DNA of 64,000 nucleotides from Mycobacteriales bacterium (GTDB lineage Bacteria; Actinomycetota; Actinomycetes; Mycobacteriales; CADCTP01), in the NCBI GenBank assembly GCA_036558285.1, contig DATBFW010000203.1, positions 2,631 through 66,630 on the forward strand, in the 5' to 3' direction. Below, one piece after another: positions 17,552 through 25,834 of the stretch. The position numbers were made by a program, and so were the translations under genes. Position 1 is the first letter of the stretch. Each line of letters begins with the position of its first letter. Below the pieces are notes generated by a model. That model was not told the origin of the DNA. It did not search any database and saw nothing but the letters and a program-made list of their open reading frames with translations.

Positions 17552-18439
17552 ATGGTCACGGCGCCCGAGCGGCTGCTGCTCCGGCTGGAGTGGCGGGTGA
17601 TCCGCCGGCTCGACGGGCGGGTCCAGGGCGCCTACCGCACGCCGTACCGGGGCTCTGGTCTCGACTTCGCCGGCCTGCGCGGCTACGTCGAGGAGGACGA
17701 CGCCCGGCACATCGACTGGAACGCGACCGCCCGGCTGGACGAGCCGCAGGTGCGGCAGTACACCGAGGACCGCGAGCTGACCGTCTGGCTGGTGCTCGAC
17801 CGGTCGGCGTCGATGACGGTCGGCCGGCCCGGCCACGGCAAGCACGAGGTGCTCGGCGAGCTCGCGCTGATCCTGGCCAGGCTGTTCGGCCGCGGCGGCA
17901 ACCGGGTGGGAGCCGTGCTGCACGACGGCGCGGCGGCCCGGGTCGTGCCGCCCGGTGTCGGCCGTGCCCACGCCCTGCGCATCGGGTACGAGCTGGAGCG
18001 CACGGCCGGTGCCGTCCCGGCCGCGGTCACCACCGACTTCGCGGTCATGCTCGACGCGGTCGCGTCGCTGGCCCGGCGCCGGTCGCTGATCGTCATCGTC
18101 TCCGACTTCATCGGTACGGGCGAGTGGGACAGACCGCTGCTGCGGCTGGTGCACCGGCACGACGTCGTGGCGCTGCGCGTCGTCGACGCGACCGACGACG
18201 ACCTGCCCGAGGCGGGGCTGATCGTCGTCGAGGACGCGGAGACCGGCGAGCAGATCCTGGTGGACTCCGGCGACCCGCTGTTCCGCACTCGGTTCCGGGC
18301 CGGCGTGGACACCAGGGACGCCGAGCTGTCCGGGCGGATGCGCCGGGCCGGGGTGCCGCTGCACCGGATCGACACCGACCGCGACCCGGTCGAGTCGCTG
18401 GTCGAGGTCGTCGCCGCCACCCGGTGGAGGCGGGCATGA
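17552..18439 (+). CDS. DUF58 family protein
   Basis: GSGLDFAGLRGY..DDARHIDWNATAR, LVLDRSASM. Confidence 0.93.
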   Translation: MVTAPERLLLRLEWRVIRRLDGRVQGAYRTPYRGSGLDFAGLRGYVEEDDARHIDWNATARLDEPQVRQYTEDRELTVWLVLDRSASMTVGRPGHGKHEVLGELALILARLFGRGGNRVGAVLHDGAAARVVPPGVGRAHALRIGYELERTAGAVPAAVTTDFAVMLDAVASLARRRSLIVIVSDFIGTGEWDRPLLRLVHRHDVVALRVVDATDDDLPEAGLIVVEDAETGEQILVDSGDPLFRTRFRAGVDTRDAELSGRMRRAGVPLHRIDTDRDPVESLVEVVAATRWRRA

Positions 18440-19389
18440 GGTTCACCTCGCCGTGGTGGCTCGCCGTCGGCGGACTCGTCGTGGCGGCGCTGGTGGTCGG
18501 CGCCGTGGCCGCGTCCCGCCGGCGTTCCGCGGCACTCGCGGCGGCCGGCCTGACCGCGGGCGGCCGGCGCACCACCGCCGGGCTGTGGCTGAGCATCGGC
18601 GGGCTCGCCGTGCTGGCGCTCGCGGCGGCCGGACCGGCGGCGTCCGTCCCGGTGGCGCGCGCCGCCGGGACGGTGATCGTCGCGATGGACGTGTCGAACA
18701 GCATGGCCGCCGCGGACGTCGCCCCGACCCGGCTGGCCGCGGCGAAGACGGCGGCCGGCTCGTTCATCGACGCCCAGCCGGACAGCGTCGACATCGGCGT
18801 CGTCGCCTTCCAGAACGGTGCGCTCACCACATACCGGCCCAGCGCCGACCGGGCGGCGGCCAAGACCGCGGTCGACCGGCTCAACGTCGCCGGCGGCACC
18901 TCCCTGGCCAATGCGCTGCTCACCTCGCTGTCGGCGATCACCGGCAAGAAGGTGGTGATCGGCAAGGACGGCACCGTGCCGGACATCGGGTTCTGGAACT
19001 CCGCCACGATCGTGCTGTTCTCCGACGGCGAGGACCACGGCAGCGACGAGGCCACCGCGGTGGCCGCCGAGGCCGCGGAGAAGGCCGGCGTGCACGTCGA
19101 GACCGTCGGCGTCGGCACCACCGCCGGTGCGACGGTCACCGTCGACAAGTTCCGGATCCACACCGCGCTGGACGAGGACACGCTCAGCGCCATCGCCAAG
19201 ACGACCGGCGGCTCGTACCACCCCGCGTCGGACGCCACCGAGCTCAACGGCATCGCCTCGACCATCGACCTGCGGCTGACCACCCACCGCGAGGATCTTC
19301 CGCTGGCCGGCGCCGTCACCGGGTTCGCGGTGCTGCTGCTGGTGGCCGGTGCCGTCCTCACCGTGCTGCGAACGGGGAGGCTGGTCTGA
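18436..19389 (+). CDS. VWA-domain membrane protein (BatA-like)
   Basis: MIDAS DVSNSM, GGTSL, LFSDGE; N- and C-terminal TMs; ATGA coupling. Confidence 0.92.
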   Translation: MRFTSPWWLAVGGLVVAALVVGAVAASRRRSAALAAAGLTAGGRRTTAGLWLSIGGLAVLALAAAGPAASVPVARAAGTVIVAMDVSNSMAAADVAPTRLAAAKTAAGSFIDAQPDSVDIGVVAFQNGALTTYRPSADRAAAKTAVDRLNVAGGTSLANALLTSLSAITGKKVVIGKDGTVPDIGFWNSATIVLFSDGEDHGSDEATAVAAEAAEKAGVHVETVGVGTTAGATVTVDKFRIHTALDEDTLSAIAKTTGGSYHPASDATELNGIASTIDLRLTTHREDLPLAGAVTGFAVLLLVAGAVLTVLRTGRLV

Positions 19390-20519
19390 TGTCGTTCGCG
19401 TGGCCGTCCGCGCTGCTGGCGCTGCTGGCGATCCCGCTCGTCCTCGGCGTCGCCTGGTGGACCCGGCGCCGCCGGCGCCGCTCGGCGGTCCGGGTCACCT
19501 CGGCCGCGCTGGTCCGTGCGGCGCTGCCCGGCCGGACCCTGTGGCGCCGGCGGGTGCCGGCCGCGCTGCTGGTGCTCGGATTTGCCGTGCTCGGGATCGG
19601 AGCGGCCCGCCCGCAGGCCACCGTCGCCATCCCGGCCACCTCGACGACGATCCTGCTCGCCCTCGACGTGTCCGGGTCGATGTGCTCGACCGACGTGCAG
19701 CCGAACCGGCTGACCGCCGCCGAGAAGGCCGCGGCCGACTTCATCAAGGCGCAGCCGGGCGGGGCTCGGATCGGGCTGGTCGCCTTCGCCGGGATCGCCG
19801 GCGTCCTGGTGCCGCCGACCACCGACACCAAGGCGCTGCTGGCGGCGCTGCCGAACCTGACCACCTCCCGCGGCACCGCGATCGGGCAGGCGATCCTCAC
19901 CTCGATCGACGCGATCGCCGACATCGACCCGGCGGTGTCGCCGACCGGCGTGGACGTCACCGGCGACCCGGCCGGCAGTGCGTACGCGGCGGACGTCATC
20001 GTCGTGCTCACCGACGGCGCGAACACCCAGGGCGTCGAGCCGCAGACCGCGGCCAAGCAGGCCGCCGCCCGCCGGCTGCGCGTTTACACGATCGGCTTCG
20101 GCACCACGACGCCGGCGCCGATGGTCTGCGACGCCTCGCAGATCGGCGACGGGCCGGGCGGCGGCCGGTTCGGCGGCGGCGGCCCGTTCGGCGGCGGCCC
20201 GTTCGGCGGCGGCGGCCCGTTCAGCGGACGCGGCGGCAACCCGCTGGTCGCCGACTACGACGCGCTGCGGAAGGTGGCCACGACCACCGGCGGCCAGTTC
20301 TACAGCGCGAAGGACGCCGTCCAGCTGCAGAGCGCCCTGGCCGACCTGCCGAAGGCGATCACGGTCACGCACGAGCACCGGGAACTCGCGGCCTGGTTCG
20401 CCGCCCTCGGCGGCCTGCTGATCGCCGCCGCGGTCGCGCTGTCCCTCTGGTGGAACCGCGTCCGCCACGTCCCGGCCGCATCCGCCGAAGCGCCGGCCGG
20501 CCCCGCCGCCTCACCTTGA
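19389..20519 (+). CDS. Second VWA-domain membrane protein with Gly-rich GGPFG insertion
   Basis: MIDAS DVSGSM, GTAIG, LTDGAN; TGATG coupling. Confidence 0.92.
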   Translation: MSFAWPSALLALLAIPLVLGVAWWTRRRRRRSAVRVTSAALVRAALPGRTLWRRRVPAALLVLGFAVLGIGAARPQATVAIPATSTTILLALDVSGSMCSTDVQPNRLTAAEKAAADFIKAQPGGARIGLVAFAGIAGVLVPPTTDTKALLAALPNLTTSRGTAIGQAILTSIDAIADIDPAVSPTGVDVTGDPAGSAYAADVIVVLTDGANTQGVEPQTAAKQAAARRLRVYTIGFGTTTPAPMVCDASQIGDGPGGGRFGGGGPFGGGPFGGGGPFSGRGGNPLVADYDALRKVATTTGGQFYSAKDAVQLQSALADLPKAITVTHEHRELAAWFAALGGLLIAAAVALSLWWNRVRHVPAASAEAPAGPAASP

Positions 20520-20649
20520 CCGGGCCGGCACCCTGACCCGGGTCGCCGGCCGGCCCCGCCGTCTCACCTTGACCGGGCCGGCACCCTGACCCGGGCCGCC
20601 GGCCGGCCCCGCCGCCTCACCCTGACCCGGCCGGCACCCCAGACCCGGC
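20491..20649. repeat. 53-bp tandem repeat x3 (third copy degenerate) spanning two convergent stop codons
   Basis: Units start at 20491, 20544 and 20597: cgccggccggccccgccg(c/t)ctcacc(t/c)tgacc(g/c)ggccggcaccc... Confidence 0.9.
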
Positions 20650-22251
20650 CGGCATGACTCCCGCGCGCAGGTCACCCCGCCAGGCGCGCGGTGGCCGGTC
20701 GCGGACCGCGCGGGCGATGCCCGCCAGCTCGACGATGCCGAACACCGGCACCCCGTCGTCCGGCGGAGCGGAGATCGTCCGGGTGACGACGATGGCGAGG
20801 ATCGTGGGTTCGGCCCCGGGCAGGTCCAGCAGGCCGGAGATCCGCGGCCAGTCCGACGCCGCCCAGGTCGCCTTCCGCCGGGCCTGCGCCGACGCGTGCC
20901 GGATCGTGTCCCGCATCTGGTCGGGGCCGAGGTCCTTGAAGAAGGTGAAGTCCACGTTCTTGCACTCGCCGATGACGACGACCGGACCGACGGGCCCGAT
21001 GCAGCCGCCGACCAGGTCGATCTCGCCGCAGGGAAGCGGCCTGCCGTCGATCCTGTCCACGCTCGCGGTGGTCCGGACGCCGGCGCCGGTGAGCTCGGCG
21101 GCGGCCGCGCCCTCGAACAGGCCGTGGACCGCGCGCGCCGCCGTGCGCGCGGTCGCACGCTGGTCCGTCGCGGCGTTCGAGGCGAGGTGCAGCCGCCCGG
21201 ACATCGCCGCCACCGACTGCATCGCGGCACGCAGGACCAGCCCGGCCGAGGTGATGCCGACCGGCCTGCCGGCCAGCCGGCCGTCCAGCACCGGCGTGTA
21301 CGCCAGCCAGTCGGCCTCGGCGGCCTGCACGAGCATGGCCTGGGCGGTGCGCTGGGCCGGCCGGGTGTCGGCGGAGAGGAACGAGGGCACCAGCCGGGAC
21401 CGCCACCGTTCGGCGGTGAGCACGGTGTGGCGGCCCAGCAGTCGGGTGTCCGGATCGGACGGCGCGAGGTCCACCACCGTGATGCCGACGGCGGTCGGCG
21501 GCAACTCCGCGAGGCGGACGAGCAATTCGGTCGCGGAGGCGCCGTAGACCCCGCGCTCGACCTCGTCGGTGCCGCGGATCAGTCGCTGCTGGTACGGCGG
21601 GTCGGACTCGCGGGGACGGCTGAGGTTCGCCTCGGCGGTCCACATCAGACCGGCGGTGGGCGCCAGGCGCACCGTCCCCGATCGCAGCGACGCGGCGGCG
21701 ACCATGCTCGAGGTGATCTCCCGGAGAACGTCCGAGAGCCGACGTACCGTCGAGGTCAGATCGAACATCGCCGCGGTGAACTCGTCGTCGGGAAGCTCGT
21801 CCGGCAGGCGCAGGTCGATCGGTCCCTCGCTGAGCAGGCAGGCGTAGACCTGTTGTGCGGCCAGCACGCGGTGGCTCTCCTCCGTCGACCGGGTAGCGCG
21901 CAGGCGGGCGATCACGGCGACGAGCCAGAGCAGCGACCGGTCGCGATCGGCCAGCACCAGGTCCCGCAGCGCGGAGCAGGCCGCGCTGCGGGCGATGCGG
22001 ACCCGGGCGCCGATCTCGTCGCGATCCTCCGTGTCGGACAGGTCCGCCGCCGCCGTGGGCAGCCGGCCCGCGAGCGCGGCGAGATCCGTCTCGTAGAAGT
22101 GCTCGATCTCGTCCAGGGTGTTCCATCCGCAGACCGGGCAGCGCCGGCCGGAGAAGGGCGCTGACCCGGGTGCGTCGTCGCCGGGCCAGCCGAGCGGGCC
22201 CGCGGGGCCGGCCAACGGGGCCCGGCAGCGCCGGCAGCGGGTGGCGGTCAC
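20617..22251 (-). CDS. Hypothetical protein: N-terminal Zn ribbon plus C-terminal PD-(D/E)xK nuclease-like domain
   Basis: CRRC...CPVC at the N-terminus; LFEGAAAAEL...GEIDLVG...VIGECKN near the C-terminus; GTGA overlap with the upstream gene's stop. Confidence 0.75.
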   Translation of the reverse strand: MTATRCRRCRAPLAGPAGPLGWPGDDAPGSAPFSGRRCPVCGWNTLDEIEHFYETDLAALAGRLPTAAADLSDTEDRDEIGARVRIARSAACSALRDLVLADRDRSLLWLVAVIARLRATRSTEESHRVLAAQQVYACLLSEGPIDLRLPDELPDDEFTAAMFDLTSTVRRLSDVLREITSSMVAAASLRSGTVRLAPTAGLMWTAEANLSRPRESDPPYQQRLIRGTDEVERGVYGASATELLVRLAELPPTAVGITVVDLAPSDPDTRLLGRHTVLTAERWRSRLVPSFLSADTRPAQRTAQAMLVQAAEADWLAYTPVLDGRLAGRPVGITSAGLVLRAAMQSVAAMSGRLHLASNAATDQRATARTAARAVHGLFEGAAAAELTGAGVRTTASVDRIDGRPLPCGEIDLVGGCIGPVGPVVVIGECKNVDFTFFKDLGPDQMRDTIRHASAQARRKATWAASDWPRISGLLDLPGAEPTILAIVVTRTISAPPDDGVPVFGIVELAGIARAVRDRPPRAWRGDLRAGVMPAGSGVPAGSG

Positions 22252-22655
22252 TCGAACAGCCACCAGTCCGAGTGGGAGATCTGCGAGCCGACGACCTCGA
22301 GCAGTGGCGCGTCGGGTCGCCGCCGCCAGGTGATCGCGACGTCGAAGGCGGGACCGTCGCGGTGGTCCCCGTAGCCGCGCAGCGTCGGACTCTCCTCGTC
22401 GCCACAGTCCGGGACGACGAGCACGGCCCGCAGGCTCGACTCGCCGTCGATCGCCATGGCGACCAGGGTGTCGATGGAGTCGGTGCCCCAGGCCATGCGG
22501 CCGTTCACCGACCCGTCGAGGTCCATGAACACCATGAACTGCCGGGACGCCGCGCCGCCGTCGAGCGTCCCGACCGTGACGTCGAAGGCGGCGTTCAGCA
22601 GGGTCACGACGTCCTGCTTGACCGCCGGTCCCGCTTCCTCGGTCCAGGACGCCAT
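22248..22655 (-). CDS. Small acidic hypothetical protein (135 aa)
   Basis: Strong RBS GAGGAG before ATG 22655; MASWTEEAGPAVKQDVVTLLNAAF...GDHRDGPAFDVAITWRRR; translationally coupled to the nuclease gene. Confidence 0.75.
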   Translation of the reverse strand: MASWTEEAGPAVKQDVVTLLNAAFDVTVGTLDGGAASRQFMVFMDLDGSVNGRMAWGTDSIDTLVAMAIDGESSLRAVLVVPDCGDEESPTLRGYGDHRDGPAFDVAITWRRRPDAPLLEVVGSQISHSDWWLFE

Positions 22656-23461
22656 GTCGGGCTCCTCGTGGAATCGGCCAGTTCCTCGTCCAGGATGGCG
22701 CGAACCTGCTGGTGCCGGAGGCGATCCAGGTTCACCACCCGCTGGTCGCCGGAAACCCGGGCGGAGCGCTCGAGGAGCCGGACGAGGATCCGGAGGTTCG
22801 CCCCCGCGGCGATGAGCCGGTCCCACCGGAACGGGTCGTCGGGCACGGCGGCGAGGAACTCGTCGAGCTCGTGGAACCAGCGCTGGAACTGCTGGTCGTT
22901 TGCGTACCGCAGGCAGAACGCGGAGAACTCCAGCACCGCGTCGTCGCCGTCCTGCCGGACGATGCTCACCTCGCCCATCGCCGTGAACAGCCGGCGGGGC
23001 ACGGTCGAGCGCTCCACGGCCTCGTCGTCGGTCCAGCGGAAGTAGTGGAAGCTCGACATCGCCCGGAACAGCCCGTTGACGGCCCGGTCGAGCCGCCGGC
23101 CGCCGTCCGAGTGCTCGATCGCGATGAAGCCGAGCCGTCGTTCGATCAGCCTGACCCAGGCCAGGTATTCGGCGAACGAGTACAGGGTGCTGAGCCGGTA
23201 GTAGTCCGACGTGCGGTACCAGTCCTTGTCGGCGTTGCGGACGAAGTTGTTGATCTGCCGTTCGAGCGTCTCGCTCGACCGCAGCAAGGGAGTCGTGAAG
23301 CGGGCCAGCACCGCCTTGGCGTCCCGGCGCAGCCCCAGCCGCGGCCGGAAGACGTCCTCGAACAGGAACTTGGTGGCCGAGCCGATGACGCCGCCGACAA
23401 ATGCCGAGATGACGATCCAGGCGACGCTGTACTGCTCGAAGGAATCCGTGAGCCATCCCAC
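22604..23461 (-). CDS. Hypothetical protein with N-terminal TM and helical domain
   Basis: Natural amino acid composition, one TM (VAWIVISAFVGGVIG), STLYSFAEYLAW motif; overlaps the downstream gene by 52 nt. Confidence 0.75.
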   Translation of the reverse strand: MGWLTDSFEQYSVAWIVISAFVGGVIGSATKFLFEDVFRPRLGLRRDAKAVLARFTTPLLRSSETLERQINNFVRNADKDWYRTSDYYRLSTLYSFAEYLAWVRLIERRLGFIAIEHSDGGRRLDRAVNGLFRAMSSFHYFRWTDDEAVERSTVPRRLFTAMGEVSIVRQDGDDAVLEFSAFCLRYANDQQFQRWFHELDEFLAAVPDDPFRWDRLIAAGANLRILVRLLERSARVSGDQRVVNLDRLRHQQVRAILDEELADSTRSPTWRPGPRKRDRRSSRTS

Positions 23462-23582
23462 GGCGGCTACTCACGTCGATCGGAGGGACGAGGCGCCGAA
23501 GGCTACCGGGGCCCAGCCGGGCAGGGCAACGCTGCCCGCCGCCCGATACCGTGCCGGCGCGCGGGTAGGGAGGAGTGGGTCG

Positions 23583-23894
23583 ATGCAGGTGGTCACCGAA
23601 CCGTCGGGGTCCGCGGAGTTCCGGCGGTGGGTGGAGCATTTCCGGGTGCCGGCGCTGAGCGTCGGCACCTACCGGATCGTGGCGGGCGGGACCGACGACC
23701 AGCGGCCGCACGCCGAGGACGAGATCTACCTGGTCCAGGCCGGGCGGGCCCGGCTGGTCGCCGGGGACGAGTCGGTCCCGGTCGGGCCCGGGTCGGTGGT
23801 CTTCGTGCCGGCCGGCGAGGTGCACCGGTTCGTCGACGTCAGCGAGGAGCTCGAGGTCCTCGTCGTCTTCGCGCCGGCCGAGTCCAGCGGCTGA
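23583..23894 (+). CDS. Cupin-domain protein
   Basis: QRPHAEDEIYLV...G...FVPAGEVHRF; RBS GGAGGAG. Confidence 0.9.
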   Translation: MQVVTEPSGSAEFRRWVEHFRVPALSVGTYRIVAGGTDDQRPHAEDEIYLVQAGRARLVAGDESVPVGPGSVVFVPAGEVHRFVDVSEELEVLVVFAPAESSG

Positions 23895-23912
23895 CCGCGC
23901 GCCGGCCACCGG

Positions 23913-24401
23913 TCAGCGGCTCCAGCCCTCCGACGGGGTGACCGGCCGGTTCTCCGACGGCGGCTCGACCGGGCGCCCCTCGTACTGGGTCGACAGCACG
24001 ACGTGCGAGTTGATCTCGCCGTGCTTGCCGATGCGCTCGAGCAGGCCCTCCAGGTGCGCCATCGAGGCGACCCTGATCTTGAGCATCGTGCAGAAGTTGC
24101 CGCTGAGCTTGTGCACCTCGGTGACCTCGGGGTAGTCCTCGGCCGTGCTGGTGCGCAGCAGGCAACTGCCCAGCGAGCAGCGCATCTGCACGAACGCGGT
24201 GAGCGGCAGCCCGGCCTTGGCCGGGTCGACCACCGCCTGGTAGCCGGCGATCACGCCGGCCTCCTCCAACCGCCGCACCCGGTCGGCGACCGCCGGCGAG
24301 GACAGGTTCACCAGCCGGCCGAGCTGGTTGTACGACAGCCGCCCGTTCTGCTGCAGCTCGGCGAGGATCCGCCAGTCGGTCGTGTCGAGCTGTCGGTCCA
24401 T
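23913..24401 (-). CDS. Lrp/AsnC family regulator
   Basis: LDTTDWRILAELQQNGRLSY...LSSPAVADRVRRLEEAGVIAGY. Confidence 0.95.
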   Translation of the reverse strand: MDRQLDTTDWRILAELQQNGRLSYNQLGRLVNLSSPAVADRVRRLEEAGVIAGYQAVVDPAKAGLPLTAFVQMRCSLGSCLLRTSTAEDYPEVTEVHKLSGNFCTMLKIRVASMAHLEGLLERIGKHGEINSHVVLSTQYEGRPVEPPSENRPVTPSEGWSR

Positions 24402-24506
24402 CCGGAAAGCATCGCACTGGAAACGCCTTCCGAACAGCAGGCGATCCGACTCGGACGGGTTGCGCCGGCCGTTCAGTTCGCCGGCCGGTCTTCCTAGCGT
24501 TGTGGC

Positions 24507-25748
24507 ATGACCGCCGCCCCCGCTCTCGCCGGACCGCCGAGCACCGCCACCGCCACCGCCGCCCCCGCGGCCGACCAGCCGGCCCGCCGGCCGATGACGT
24601 CGATCGTGGTCGCCGCCGCGCTGATGAACGCGGCGATGGCGGTCGCCAGCGGGGTGAGCACGATCGTCGTCGCCGACCGGCTCGGCCTGGCCTGGGGCGG
24701 CGTGGCCGCGACCGCCGGCATCATCGGCACCGGCATCGGCGCGCTGGCGCTCACCCGGCTGACCGTCCGCCGTGGCCGGGGCCGGGCCCTGGCCGTCGGC
24801 TACCTGATCGGCGCGGTCGGCGCGCTCGTCGCGACCGGCGGCGCGGTCACCGACGACGTGGCCGCGCTGCTGATCGGGATGCTGCTGCTCGGGGCCGGCA
24901 ACGCCGCCGCGCAGCTGTCCCGGTACGCGGCCGCCGAGCTGCACACCGAGGACCGGCGCGGCCGGGCGATCGGCGCGGTGGTCTGGGCCGGCGCGGTCGG
25001 CGCGGTGGGCGGCCCGCTGCTGCTGGGTGCGACCGGGGCGCTGGCCGGCCGGCTCGGCTGGGCGCCGGCCGCGGGACCGTTCGCGCTGGCGATCGTGGTC
25101 ACCACGGTGGCGGCGGTGGTCTCCCGCTGGCTGCCGTACGGGTCGAAGGCGGTCACGGCCACCAACGCTCCACTGTGGACACTGCTACGCCGGCCCGCGG
25201 TCCGTTCGGCGTTCGCCGTCCTGGCCACGGCGCAGGTGCTGATGGTCGCGGTGATGACGGCCGCGCCGGTGGACATGCACCACCACGGCCAGGGCCTCGG
25301 CGCGGTCGGGCTGGTGCTGTCCGCGCACACCCTCGGGATGTTCGCGCTCTCGCCGGTCACCGGGCGGCTGGTCGACCGGCTCGGTGCGCGGCCGGTGCTC
25401 GTCGCCGGCCTGGCCGCGCTGGCCCTGGCCGCCGGTGCGGCGTCGGCCGGGCCCACCGACACCGCGTTCCGGGCCGCGGCCCTCTCGCTGCTCGGCTACG
25501 GCTGGAACCTCTGCTTCGTCGGTGGCAGCACAGCGCTGGCCGGGACCGTGCCGCCGGCCGAGCGGGCGCGGGTGGAGGGCACCGTGGACGCGGCGGTCTG
25601 GGGGCTGGCGGCGGTGGCCGGCCTGCTGTCGACCGTCGTGCTGGCGTTCGGCGGGTACGCCGTGCTGACCGCCGCGGCCGGGCTGCTCGTGCTGGTCCCG
25701 GCGGCCGCGCTGGTGTCCGCGTCCCGCGCGGTGCCCGCCCGCGGCTAG
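24507..25748 (+). CDS. MFS transporter
   Basis: 12 hydrophobic segments, GRGRAL and GRLVDRLGARPV motifs; divergent from the Lrp gene. Confidence 0.9.
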   Translation: MTAAPALAGPPSTATATAAPAADQPARRPMTSIVVAAALMNAAMAVASGVSTIVVADRLGLAWGGVAATAGIIGTGIGALALTRLTVRRGRGRALAVGYLIGAVGALVATGGAVTDDVAALLIGMLLLGAGNAAAQLSRYAAAELHTEDRRGRAIGAVVWAGAVGAVGGPLLLGATGALAGRLGWAPAAGPFALAIVVTTVAAVVSRWLPYGSKAVTATNAPLWTLLRRPAVRSAFAVLATAQVLMVAVMTAAPVDMHHHGQGLGAVGLVLSAHTLGMFALSPVTGRLVDRLGARPVLVAGLAALALAAGAASAGPTDTAFRAAALSLLGYGWNLCFVGGSTALAGTVPPAERARVEGTVDAAVWGLAAVAGLLSTVVLAFGGYAVLTAAAGLLVLVPAAALVSASRAVPARG

Positions 25749-25834
25749 CTCGTCGGCGGCCCTCACTGAATCACACCGACCTCACCGTTGATCCCGGTTC
25801 GGGCGACCCGTACCGGTCAGGCCCGGTGCCGGGC

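Noticed and set aside
20491-20649. Possible CRISPR array
   Set aside because: The 53-bp units are contiguous with no unique spacers, and there are no cas genes.
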